From a virus (taxonomy: Duplodnaviria > Caudoviricetes), in IMG/VR virus record IMGVR_UViG_3300020472_000038, positions 1 through 52,228 of that record: 52,228 nucleotides of DNA; one strand, 5' to 3'. Within the stretch, counting starts at the first letter, position 1. Each line of letters opens with the position of its first letter. Positions 18,156-28,523 of the stretch are shown in pieces. A program made the position numbers and the translations under genes. Under the pieces are notes generated by a model. The model was not told where the DNA came from and made no database searches. It was given only the letters and a program-made list of their open reading frames with translations.

Positions 18156-20048
18156 ATGGCCGATGTAGCTTCTAAACTTAAAGTATCCGAATTAGATTTC
18201 GATGCTATTAAATCAAATCTTAAAAATTTTTTAGGTGATCAAAATGAGTTAGCTGATTATAATTTTGATGGTTCAGCAATGGCTGTTCTTATGGATCTTT
18301 TGGCTTACAATACTCATTACAATGCATTTTATTTGAATATGATTGTAAATGAGATGTTCCTTGATACGGCATCTCTTCGCAATTCCGTAGTATCTAGAGC
18401 CAAACATTTGGGGTATACTCCCACTTCTGTTAGGGGTGCCAAAGCTTATGTTGATTTAACCATCACTCCTGCAAACACTCCTGCAACGATTGTTATTGAT
18501 AAAGATACACAATTTAATACCACAGTAAATGGTATTTCTTATATATTTTCTACATCTAATTCTACTACTTTAAATGTCAACTCAAATGGTATATACACAA
18601 CAGCTAATGTAGAATTACAACAAGGTATTCTTTTAACACATAGGTATAGCGCAAATACTAATGATCCAGATCAAAGATTTATTTTACCAAATGCTAATAC
18701 AGATACAAGCTCACTTACAGTACAAATACAAACTTCTGCAACTAGTACAAATTTACATACTTATTCAGTTGCAAATGATACAACTTCAATAAACTCTACA
18801 GCTAATGTATACTTTTTAGAGGAAGATACAGATAGTAAATACAGAGTATATTTTGGAGATGATAATATTGGAAGAGGCCTAACAAGTGGTAATATTATAA
18901 TTTTGAAATCTTTAATAGCTGATGCAACTGCTCCAAATGGTGCAAAAACATTTACTCCTGTTGGTTCGGTTGGGGGATATTCAAATGTTACAGTAACGAC
19001 AGCATCGGCTGCAGCCGGTGGAGCAGATAGAGATTCTATTAGTGATATAAAATTTAATGCACCCAAAAATTATCAAGCTCAAAATCGTGCGGTTACAATT
19101 AATGATTATATTAGAATAGTTCAAAGAGATTATCCAGATGCAGAATCCGTCATAGCTTGGGGTGGAGAAGAAAATGATCCACCAGTTTATGGTAAAGTTT
19201 ATATGGCTGTAAAACCAGCTAGTGGATTACAGTTATCAGCTACTACAAAGAATTCTATCAAAAATGATATTTTATCAAAAAGAAATGTAGTCTCTATTTC
19301 AACTGAAATGGTAGATCCAGATTACTTATATTTGACTTTCAATAGTACTGTTAAATATGATTCTTCTAAGACTTCAAATACAGCAGCCACTATTTCAGAT
19401 TTAGTTTCTAATACTGTTTACAATTATGGTGTAGACAATCTTAAAGGTTTTGCAAATGAATTTAGATATTCACCTTTAACCAAAAAAATTGATGAATCTG
19501 AAACTTCAATTGAAAGTAGTCTTTCTACAGTTAAATTAACAAGAGTATTTGTTCCTACTCTTAATGTATCTAGTTCTTATGCTCTATCATATTCAAATGA
19601 AATTTTTCATCCTTATGCTGATTATGTAGATTCCGTTACTAGTACAGAATTTTCTCATTATGATGAAAGTGACACCTTACGAACAACTTGTAATATACAA
19701 GATTCTAATGGGGTGTTACAAGTTTATCGTACATCGGGAACAACAAGAATTATTGTTGCAAACAATGTTGGAACTGTTTCTTATGGTTCGGGTGTAGTCT
19801 CACTTGCTGGATTTAAACCAGTTGTAATTTCAGATGGTACTGCCAATTTATCAATAACTGTTGCATTAGCTTCAAGCGATGTTATTCCTGTCAGAGAACA
19901 AATTTTACTTATTACTAACAATAATATTACAGTATCTATGGTTGATACTTACGGAACAGGCACAAGCACTACTGAAGTGTCTTCTACTGCCAGTGGATCA
20001 ACCGCTGGAGGTACTTCTGGTAGTGGTGGTTCGGGAAGTAGTTACTAA
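18156..20048 (+). CDS. gp6: Baseplate wedge subunit
   Basis: ELDFDAIKSNLK, DYNFDGS, LLAYNTHYNAFY.NM..NEMFLDTA.LRNSVVSRAK.LGYTP.S, AQNRAVTINDY, WGGEENDPPVYGKV. Confidence 0.97.
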   Translation: MADVASKLKVSELDFDAIKSNLKNFLGDQNELADYNFDGSAMAVLMDLLAYNTHYNAFYLNMIVNEMFLDTASLRNSVVSRAKHLGYTPTSVRGAKAYVDLTITPANTPATIVIDKDTQFNTTVNGISYIFSTSNSTTLNVNSNGIYTTANVELQQGILLTHRYSANTNDPDQRFILPNANTDTSSLTVQIQTSATSTNLHTYSVANDTTSINSTANVYFLEEDTDSKYRVYFGDDNIGRGLTSGNIIILKSLIADATAPNGAKTFTPVGSVGGYSNVTVTTASAAAGGADRDSISDIKFNAPKNYQAQNRAVTINDYIRIVQRDYPDAESVIAWGGEENDPPVYGKVYMAVKPASGLQLSATTKNSIKNDILSKRNVVSISTEMVDPDYLYLTFNSTVKYDSSKTSNTAATISDLVSNTVYNYGVDNLKGFANEFRYSPLTKKIDESETSIESSLSTVKLTRVFVPTLNVSSSYALSYSNEIFHPYADYVDSVTSTEFSHYDESDTLRTTCNIQDSNGVLQVYRTSGTTRIIVANNVGTVSYGSGVVSLAGFKPVVISDGTANLSITVALASSDVIPVREQILLITNNNITVSMVDTYGTGTSTTEVSSTASGSTAGGTSGSGGSGSSY

Positions 20049-23000
20049 TGATAGAAGATGGTGGAATTCTTTATAGTCAGATAGATTCTCAACTCCCTAG
20101 TTTTGTTCAAACTGACCATACGAAATTTTCTAAGTTCATACAGAAATACTATGAATTTCTTGAACTAAATCTTATTACCTTTACAGATTTAGATCTTAAT
20201 GCCGATTCTATTATACAAGAAAAGGCAGATACCACATATACTATAACTGTTGCTACTGGTAATAACGCATTCAGTAATTCCGCAAATAAATTTTATGTTG
20301 ATGGTGCAGTTTCTCCAACCATAACTCTTATTCCTGGCGCACACGCAATTTTTGATCAAGGTGATGAAAATAATGTCGGTCACTATTTTCATATATCAAG
20401 AACACCAGACGGTATTCATACTGCGGGTGGTAAACAATTCACTACTGATGATAGAGAAGATGTTCTTTTTACTTTTGTAGGACAACCCGGCGATTATGAT
20501 AATATTACACTTGAAGCAGAAACTGGAATTTTACTTTATGAGGATTACCTAGACTCTGCCACTACTTTAGATAATCTTACACTTGAAGATGCATCTGGAA
20601 TTTTACTTTATGAAGATGATGTAGAACTTGGTTTTGAGACAACACCCGATAGAGAAATTGGTCTTGAAGCATCTGCTACTATAAAATTTTATGTTTCACC
20701 AGATCTTGCCGGTGAAACTCTCTACTACTACTGTAATAATCATTCTGGAATGGGTGGAAATATTACAGTATCTACAACAACAAGTTATATTTCTCAAGAA
20801 AATGGAAACACCCATTCTGCAAATACCTCTACTGAAGACTATCTTACTCTTGAAAATCCTAATAGACAAGGTGAACAATTTTTAAGTGGGGAAACTATTC
20901 TTGGAGCAAACTCTGGTGCTACAGGTATTGTTAGAGGAAAATATTCAACTACTCAAGCTTTTGTTGAAGAGACAAATCATGGTTCTTTTGAAGTTGGTGA
21001 AACTATTAAGGGTAAAACTTCAAGAGTCACTGCCACTGTAAATTCATATTCCAGACAACCAATAAATGCATCAAGAAATGTAAAAGCTTTCCAAGATATT
21101 GATAAAGCACCAGTTGGTTTTGTTGAACTTTTTAGAAAAGAATTTTTAACTGGATTTAGTAAAAATGATGATATTAATACCCCCAATCTACTTAAACATA
21201 TAAAAGATTTTTATCGTTCTAAAGGTAATGAAAATTCCTTTCGTTTTATTTTTAGTTTACTTTTTGGTATAGATGATGTAGAGTTTTATTATCCTGGCCA
21301 GGATATTATGAGACTTTCTGATGGAAGATGGACTCTTGATAAATCAGTTAAACTTCTTACAGACTCTGCAAGTTATGTAGATTCTTTTCTTGGTAGAACA
21401 ATCGTAGGTCAGACATCTAATGTTTCTGCTCTTGTAGAACGAATTGAAAGATATCATGTTGGAGCACAAGATATTACGGAATTATTTTTATCTGGATTTG
21501 ATGCTAATAACGCCGCTTATCAAGCAACTACAGGAACTAGCTATACTACGTTTTATTTGGGTGAAGTTATAACAGCTAATAGTGCAGACTCTGATGGTAA
21601 TTATGCAACAGCAACTACAAGTGGAGTTTTACAGGGCGTTGATATAGTCTATGGAGGATCTGGCTATAACAAAGGTGATGAACTACGAATTACTGGTGGA
21701 GGTGGTGCAGAAGCCAAAGCTAAAGTTAGTTCAATAGCTGCAGCTGCTCTTACTGGAATTGATGTTATAGATTCGGGAGATGGATATAGTGTAGGTGATG
21801 TAGTTACATTTTTTAATGATGGAACTGGTGGAACTGGTGGTTCTGCTAGAGTTCAAAGTATTGTTAAAACAGTAAATGTATTTACACAAACTGAAGTTAT
21901 TAGTACACAGGGGAGTACTACATTAGACGCAGCTGCATTTACTGCGCCGTGGGGAAGTTATAACAGAAATACTCATAGTTCATCAAACTCTACTACTACC
22001 TTTACTGTTCCATTTGATGGTCTTTCTGGTGGTGATACTCCGAAACAAGGAGATTTTATTGCAAAGTTTGGTAGTGGTGAAAGTATTTCTTTATATACTC
22101 CTGGCACTTCAAAATTTGGTACTGTTATTAGTACGAATTCTACATCTATTACTTATGGATTAGGTTCTATTGATTATACTACATCTTATAATTCAGATCC
22201 AACTCTTAATAATTTTGTAAATAATGATACAGTTGTTATTTTTGATCTCACCAAAGATAAAGATGGTTCTGCAGTAACATCTAATGCATATAACTCTACA
22301 TTCCGCGCGACTGGAGCAACCATTGCTATTAATGGAACACCAACTGCTAATACTGATAGTACTTATCATGGTGCAGCAACAATGCAGGAATCATCAATTG
22401 GTGGTATTCGTTCACTTCAAATAATGTCTTCTGGACAGGGTTATGAGACAATTCCCCCTGTCTCTATAGCAAACACCGAAATAACTTTTTACGATAATTC
22501 ACCAGAAAAGGTTGGTGCAAATTCAATATTTGTTAATCTTGCAAATACAGTTGCAAATATATTTACTTCAAACACTTTAATTAAGAATCAAGGAAACACT
22601 GCCTTTGGTATTCTCCTTGATTATCTTGATCTTGCTTCAACAACTTTAGCTGAAACAGGAAATACCACTCTCAGAATTCAGATGACAAGTGCGAATACAT
22701 TCAGTCCGAATGATGTTCTTACTTCTTATAGTAGAGCTGATAGTTCTCCAAGTGGAATTGGTGTTTTTGGAACTGCAAATATCTCAACATCTGGAACTAC
22801 TGCTACATTCACACAAGCAGATCATGGATTTGGTGCAGGAGATAGAATTGTAATTACTGGTTCTTCATCTGCAACAGATAATACTGTATATAACAACAAC
22901 CATACAATTGCAGGAATTACAAATTCCTCTGTTTACACAGTAACCCTTGCAAGTGATCCAAGTGATGATAGTGAAACCTCTTTAACTGTCAGAAAAATTG

Positions 23001-26000
23001 TTACAGCAAATGTGGTAGCTGATCTATTACTTACTGAAGATTCCACCACTACACAAATATCTTTTGAAAATGGAGTAGGAACTGCAAATGATGATTATAG
23101 TAGTTCTACAAGTAATGGATCTATTATAGTTGAAAGTGGAATAGATGAAGCAAATTCTATATTTGCAAATACTGGAATCCCTGGCAATAACGCAATTATT
23201 CAAGTTTCAAAACTTGCTGTTGGTGCAATTGAAAGTGTTTTAGTTTATGATTTTGGTGCTGGATATTCTTCAGCTCCAACAATTAATGCTTCAGCTGTTG
23301 GAGATGGTTCTGCAACATTGACAGGTAATGTTGGTGTTTATGCAGAATACTCTGGATATTTTGATGGTGAATATGGATTATTGAGTGGTACAAACAAAAT
23401 GCAAGATAACTTGTATTATCAAGATTTTTCCTATGTAGTTAAAACAAATAAAGACGTTAATACTTACAGAGAAAAGATATTAGAATTAGTACATCCAGCT
23501 GGAATGGCTTTGTTTGGTGAAATCTTAATGTCAGCTAACTTGTCTGTTAAATTATTTGATGATGGTACAAGTAACATAAGCAGTACTCAAGCAAATACTG
23601 AGATGGTTGCAAATTCAGTTAATGTTCCACGTTATCATCATCATGAAGTCGAATTTTATACTAAAGACACAACTTCAACCAACAATCAGATTTCAATGGA
23701 AAGGAGTTATGAACTTAAATCATTTTCTACTGAAATAACTATAATTGAAAAATTTGATGTAAACATGGACACTACTGGAGCTAGTAGTGATTTTGATTTA
23801 CAATTAGAACATGGTCATGATTTAATTTCTTTAGAAAATTCTGGTTTTTTCCTTGCAGCTGAAAATACTGGTGAACTTCTTCTTGAACGAGATATTGGTG
23901 GTGGAGTTGGAGATAGACTAATTGAAGAAACCGCGGACTTTTTACTAACTGAAGCCGAAATAGTTCATGTACTTTTAGAAGAAGATTCTAATGATACTGA
24001 TGAAGATATACTTCTTTTAGATGATGGAGAAACAGATAAAGGTAATGCTTCTATTATAGGTGCTTTATCAGACGAAAATCAAAGTGATTCTTCTCCAATA
24101 ATATATGAATTTTTTGAAGCAGAGCTTGGAAATATTCTTACTGAAGATGGTGATGGTATAGGTGTTAATTTAATAAGTACTGATGTTTTAGAAATAGAAG
24201 AATATAATGGTGACTTTATTGTTTTGGATGGTATTAGAGAGTTTGGTTATACATTGTTAGAAGACGGTGGCCAACTTCTTTTAGATGAAGTTACACTTAC
24301 TGGTGGGCCCATTGGATTTGAATCGGGGCGTGGTACAGTATTATTGAATAGTACAGATGGAGCTCCCGGCTCTAATGCTGGGGATCAAATTGTTACTGAA
24401 GATTATACATTTGAAGCAGAGCCTGGTTCTGTATTAACTGAAGATACTGGACTTGAAACTACAGGTGGTGGAACATATCTTGTTCAAGAAGATGAAGCTG
24501 GTAAATTTTCACAGGGATTTAAAATACAACAAGAGGGTGTTTTTACAGCTGTTATAACAGAAGGTCGGCTCGTACAAGAAAATGAGTTTTTTATATTACT
24601 TGAAAACCAAATAGCTTCAGCTGACTTTTCATTATCATTAGAACCTACAACTCCTAATGCATTTTCTGGCCCACAGACAGCTGTATATATGGAATTAGAA
24701 AATTCCATAGGTGGTGATTCTACTGTCAGACCAGATAAAATTTCACATTTTGTTTTAGAAGAAGATGAAGATTTAGTTCAAACTTTAACATTAGAAGATG
24801 GAACTGGTGACATTATATTTGAAAATGGTAAGGGTCATGTCCGTCTTGAAATACAAGGAGTAGCACAAACAGTTAAAATTCGTAATGAAGATGAAGCTTC
24901 AAATTTTAAACTTGAAGACTTTGAATCAGTTCTAGTACAAGAAGAACAATATCAAATTCAACTAGAATCTTATACTCTTCCCTCTCTTACAGATGTGGGA
25001 TTTCTTGTAAAAGAAGATAATGATGCTCTTCATCTTGAAGAAGCTGGTGCATATGATACTGATTCAGATGAGTTTTACGCTACTCACGGCCTCTTTACAT
25101 TTGTCAAAGCCTCAGCTAGATTAAATTCTCAAGATAGTGATATGAGAGATGTGAAGTTTAATAATGATGGAACTAAAATGTTTGCGTTAGGTAGGGGTAA
25201 TGATGGAGTTTATGAATATTCATTATCAACAGCATTTGATGTTTCAACATTGACTTTTGTTCAGAAGTTGGATATAAGTGGTGAAGAGACATCGGCGAAT
25301 AGTTTAGAATTCAATCTAGACGGAACTAAATTGTTTGTGTTAGGTCAATCTGATGATAATGTTGATGAATATGCTTTAAGTACAGGTTTTGATATCTCAA
25401 CAGCCTCCTTTACAGATAGTTTTGATGTAAGTACTCAAGAAACTGCACCTTATGGTTTGGCATTTAATAATGATGGAACTAAAATGTATGTTTGTGGTTG
25501 GAATGGAGATGACATTAATGAATATACATTAACAACTGCATTTGATGTTTCGACAGCATCATATTCTCAAAATTTTTCAATAAATGCTCAACGTGCAAAT
25601 GCATCAGCAGTACAATTCAATGCAGATGGAACTAAAATGTATGTTTTACAGGGCAACCAAAATTCTGATATTTTTGAATACGCACTAGTAACTCCATTTG
25701 ATATTTCAACAGCATCTTATACAAATAGAACTCATGATTTAACAAACGAAGAAAGCAGAGCAAGAGGCTTCTGCTTTAGTAATAATCATTCTCAGCTTTT
25801 TGTAACTGGTTGGACTGAAGATGAGATTAATGAATATACTGTAAATTATACTCTTCCAGATGAATCGGGAGCTGATTCTGGAATAGATGATACCCCCTTC
25901 TATTTTCGTCTTGAGGATGATGTAGATGCTAGAGCTTATCTGTTGGAAGAACCTACAACAATCTATCATAGGATTGAGAGTGAAAATCCAGCTGATGATT

Positions 26001-28471
26001 TTGTTATTGTTACGGATGACGCAGAAGATACTATAGTACTTGAAATAGAAGAATTTATTACTGATACAAATTTTAAAGGTGAGTCTTATGATACTGGAAC
26101 TGGCTTCATGTTACCGATGCTTATTTTTCCAACAGCCGAGTCTGGTTCTGCATTATTGGATCTTAGTTTTACAAGTAGAATAGTATTAGAAATTGATGAT
26201 ATTCAAAATGTAAGATTAGAAAATCAAGATGGTAGTCTTCTTTTAGAAGATGGTGGTGTTGTTTTTTATGAACAGCAACCTACAACATCTGTAGGTTATC
26301 AATATGATATGTTACTTCTGGAAGAATCTGATGGTACAAATCCAGTATTTATTGCTACAGAATCTTCTATGACTGAAGAAATAGATGGTATAGGAGAGAT
26401 TGAATTATTTTCTGATGGTAATTATTCACTTCAGCTTGAAGGTGCACATGGAATTCATGATAATGGACTTCTTGTATATGAAAATGGAGGTTTTACATTA
26501 GAAGCTGGTACTAATGCTGAAGGTGTTATTATTTTTGACGGGCCAACGGCTGATGATGGAGATAGATCTCTTTTAGAAGATGGAGTAGAAGATACAATTG
26601 GAGTGAATCAACCTCAAATTGCGGCATCAGTTAGATCTACAGTTTCAACTTTAAATACTGGTGACACTCTTAATGAAGGAAGTTTTCTTGGATCAGATTT
26701 TGGAGAGAGAACATATGGATCAGTTGCTCTTTCATTGTTACCTAGTGAATTTGAATTTTTGACTGAAGATGGAAAAACCTTTGTTACAGAAGAGAGTACA
26801 ACTAGAAAAGACAATCTTATATCTGAAGCTTATGATAGGGGAATAGTTGCAACAGGAACGGCCACTCAATTTGAATTTGATTTTAATAATCTTATAGTTC
26901 TTGAACCCGATTGGACTTTAGATGTAATTGAATTAGAAGATGGTTTGGGTAAAATAATAGATGAACACGGTTATACTGTTGTACTTGAGATTCAAGCTGC
27001 AAAACCAGAAGTTGGTGTGATTATACTAGAAACCGATACACCAGAAGAAAATTCAATTATTTTAGAATCTGATGACCCCGATGTTATTATTCCTCTTCAA
27101 CAAGAACAAGGAGAAGGTAAAATTTTTACAGAGGAGGATATACACCTATTAATTCCATCTCCCGAAAGACTTTGTGGTGTTGGACTTCATGATTTAATTT
27201 TAGAAGAAGAGGGCATTCTTCAAGAAGAATCTGACCAAATTAAATTAGAAGATTTTACACTTGATAATATTACTCAAGAAGATCCAGTTATGGGAGATTT
27301 TGTTCCTTATCTTGGATTTGGAGATGAGGGGGATAATTCTATAACTATAGATGATAATATGTTATTAGAATCTACAACGCACAAAACTGAAAATGTTTGT
27401 GTTCAGACTGAAGATGGTGATTTGATTGGACAAGAAGATGATGAAACATCTCATATAGTTTTAGAGGATTTTTATTTTAAATATTACAATGTAGGAACTA
27501 TTACTCAAACTGGAACAACCATAACTGTATCTGGAGGCCAATTTCCTTCTGCTGTTGTAAATAGTGGAAGATTTTTCTATGAAAGTGGTACATCATCAGA
27601 TCTTAGTGATAGAAATGGAGTCGAATCAACAGATATTATATCAATATCGGATAGTGGTCTGGAACTAACAGTTGAAGCTTCTAAATCAATAAGTTCTGCA
27701 CAACATTATAAAGTTGAATATGGACTTGATGATACTCCTGTAACCGCTCCAGCAGAATATTTGGTAATGGAAGCTTACACTCTTGATACTACAACTGAAC
27801 AAGTTAGAATTGATATAATTTTTAACGGAGAAGGCGATGTTAATCATGGATATACTAGGGGTGAAGATTCGGATGGTCTTGGAACTTATACTGTAAGTAT
27901 TTCAGCATTTGCTGATATCATAGGAAATGATGTTACATATGAAGATGGAGAAAGGATTTTAGCTGAAGATTCAATTGGTGGATATATTGCTTTTGAAGAT
28001 TCTACTCAAAATGTCTCTTTAGGAATTGCTCATGGAAAAATATTAAATGAAGATGATACTGGATGCTTCATATCAACTGAAGATCATGAAGGTAATGAGA
28101 CAACTCAAGATGATAATGTTCTCATGAAAGAAATGTCGGACGCACTTCTATTAGAAGATAGTGAAACTGAAACTTTGAATTATGTATTGAGTGAGGAAGA
28201 AGGACAAATGATGCTTGAAGATGTATTTCAAGTTTCAGAACATAAAATAATTATGGATAGTCATGATTCTATATTAATAGAAGACCAACCAGACGGTGAT
28301 AATTGGAATTATAAATTATTGAATATGGATATGGGAAGATTTGATATTGAAACAATAGCTAATAATGCATCTATGACTATTCAATTTACTGATTCATCAA
28401 CCAGTTCAACAGATTTTTTCAAACGATCTGATTCTGCCATACTCGTTTCAAGAACAGAACAGATTGTTTGA
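20048..28471 (+). CDS. gp7: Very large baseplate wedge initiator (gp7-like), 2807 aa, multi-domain
   Basis: Between gp6 and gp8; QLPSFV...FIQKYYEFLE, IKDFYRSKG.ENSFRFIF, LSDGRW, MQDNLYYQDFSYV, VHPAGMALFGE; followed by a ~1500-aa acidic extension. Confidence 0.85.
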   Translation: MIEDGGILYSQIDSQLPSFVQTDHTKFSKFIQKYYEFLELNLITFTDLDLNADSIIQEKADTTYTITVATGNNAFSNSANKFYVDGAVSPTITLIPGAHAIFDQGDENNVGHYFHISRTPDGIHTAGGKQFTTDDREDVLFTFVGQPGDYDNITLEAETGILLYEDYLDSATTLDNLTLEDASGILLYEDDVELGFETTPDREIGLEASATIKFYVSPDLAGETLYYYCNNHSGMGGNITVSTTTSYISQENGNTHSANTSTEDYLTLENPNRQGEQFLSGETILGANSGATGIVRGKYSTTQAFVEETNHGSFEVGETIKGKTSRVTATVNSYSRQPINASRNVKAFQDIDKAPVGFVELFRKEFLTGFSKNDDINTPNLLKHIKDFYRSKGNENSFRFIFSLLFGIDDVEFYYPGQDIMRLSDGRWTLDKSVKLLTDSASYVDSFLGRTIVGQTSNVSALVERIERYHVGAQDITELFLSGFDANNAAYQATTGTSYTTFYLGEVITANSADSDGNYATATTSGVLQGVDIVYGGSGYNKGDELRITGGGGAEAKAKVSSIAAAALTGIDVIDSGDGYSVGDVVTFFNDGTGGTGGSARVQSIVKTVNVFTQTEVISTQGSTTLDAAAFTAPWGSYNRNTHSSSNSTTTFTVPFDGLSGGDTPKQGDFIAKFGSGESISLYTPGTSKFGTVISTNSTSITYGLGSIDYTTSYNSDPTLNNFVNNDTVVIFDLTKDKDGSAVTSNAYNSTFRATGATIAINGTPTANTDSTYHGAATMQESSIGGIRSLQIMSSGQGYETIPPVSIANTEITFYDNSPEKVGANSIFVNLANTVANIFTSNTLIKNQGNTAFGILLDYLDLASTTLAETGNTTLRIQMTSANTFSPNDVLTSYSRADSSPSGIGVFGTANISTSGTTATFTQADHGFGAGDRIVITGSSSATDNTVYNNNHTIAGITNSSVYTVTLASDPSDDSETSLTVRKIVTANVVADLLLTEDSTTTQISFENGVGTANDDYSSSTSNGSIIVESGIDEANSIFANTGIPGNNAIIQVSKLAVGAIESVLVYDFGAGYSSAPTINASAVGDGSATLTGNVGVYAEYSGYFDGEYGLLSGTNKMQDNLYYQDFSYVVKTNKDVNTYREKILELVHPAGMALFGEILMSANLSVKLFDDGTSNISSTQANTEMVANSVNVPRYHHHEVEFYTKDTTSTNNQISMERSYELKSFSTEITIIEKFDVNMDTTGASSDFDLQLEHGHDLISLENSGFFLAAENTGELLLERDIGGGVGDRLIEETADFLLTEAEIVHVLLEEDSNDTDEDILLLDDGETDKGNASIIGALSDENQSDSSPIIYEFFEAELGNILTEDGDGIGVNLISTDVLEIEEYNGDFIVLDGIREFGYTLLEDGGQLLLDEVTLTGGPIGFESGRGTVLLNSTDGAPGSNAGDQIVTEDYTFEAEPGSVLTEDTGLETTGGGTYLVQEDEAGKFSQGFKIQQEGVFTAVITEGRLVQENEFFILLENQIASADFSLSLEPTTPNAFSGPQTAVYMELENSIGGDSTVRPDKISHFVLEEDEDLVQTLTLEDGTGDIIFENGKGHVRLEIQGVAQTVKIRNEDEASNFKLEDFESVLVQEEQYQIQLESYTLPSLTDVGFLVKEDNDALHLEEAGAYDTDSDEFYATHGLFTFVKASARLNSQDSDMRDVKFNNDGTKMFALGRGNDGVYEYSLSTAFDVSTLTFVQKLDISGEETSANSLEFNLDGTKLFVLGQSDDNVDEYALSTGFDISTASFTDSFDVSTQETAPYGLAFNNDGTKMYVCGWNGDDINEYTLTTAFDVSTASYSQNFSINAQRANASAVQFNADGTKMYVLQGNQNSDIFEYALVTPFDISTASYTNRTHDLTNEESRARGFCFSNNHSQLFVTGWTEDEINEYTVNYTLPDESGADSGIDDTPFYFRLEDDVDARAYLLEEPTTIYHRIESENPADDFVIVTDDAEDTIVLEIEEFITDTNFKGESYDTGTGFMLPMLIFPTAESGSALLDLSFTSRIVLEIDDIQNVRLENQDGSLLLEDGGVVFYEQQPTTSVGYQYDMLLLEESDGTNPVFIATESSMTEEIDGIGEIELFSDGNYSLQLEGAHGIHDNGLLVYENGGFTLEAGTNAEGVIIFDGPTADDGDRSLLEDGVEDTIGVNQPQIAASVRSTVSTLNTGDTLNEGSFLGSDFGERTYGSVALSLLPSEFEFLTEDGKTFVTEESTTRKDNLISEAYDRGIVATGTATQFEFDFNNLIVLEPDWTLDVIELEDGLGKIIDEHGYTVVLEIQAAKPEVGVIILETDTPEENSIILESDDPDVIIPLQQEQGEGKIFTEEDIHLLIPSPERLCGVGLHDLILEEEGILQEESDQIKLEDFTLDNITQEDPVMGDFVPYLGFGDEGDNSITIDDNMLLESTTHKTENVCVQTEDGDLIGQEDDETSHIVLEDFYFKYYNVGTITQTGTTITVSGGQFPSAVVNSGRFFYESGTSSDLSDRNGVESTDIISISDSGLELTVEASKSISSAQHYKVEYGLDDTPVTAPAEYLVMEAYTLDTTTEQVRIDIIFNGEGDVNHGYTRGEDSDGLGTYTVSISAFADIIGNDVTYEDGERILAEDSIGGYIAFEDSTQNVSLGIAHGKILNEDDTGCFISTEDHEGNETTQDDNVLMKEMSDALLLEDSETETLNYVLSEEEGQMMLEDVFQVSEHKIIMDSHDSILIEDQPDGDNWNYKLLNMDMGRFDIETIANNASMTIQFTDSSTSSTDFFKRSDSAILVSRTEQIV
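25140..25850 (+). repeat. Beta-propeller-type repeats (five, ~50 aa) within gp7
   Basis: FNxDGTKM(F/Y)V.G...D.(V/I).EY.L.T.FD(V/I)ST repeated four times plus a divergent fifth. Confidence 0.85.
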
Positions 28472-28473
28472 TG

Positions 28474-28481
28474 ACTAAATA
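28474..28481 (+). promoter_or_regulatory. Late promoter variant ACTAAATA upstream of gp8
   Basis: Intergenic, upstream of GGAGG RBS. Confidence 0.65.
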
Positions 28482-28523
28482 TATTAGAATAAATTTTTTA
28501 AATAAGGTTTTGGAGGAAACAAA

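Noticed and set aside
19950-20048. Ser/Gly/Thr low-complexity tail of gp6
   Set aside because: Such tails ending in Tyr are common in marine T4-like structural proteins; no further signal.
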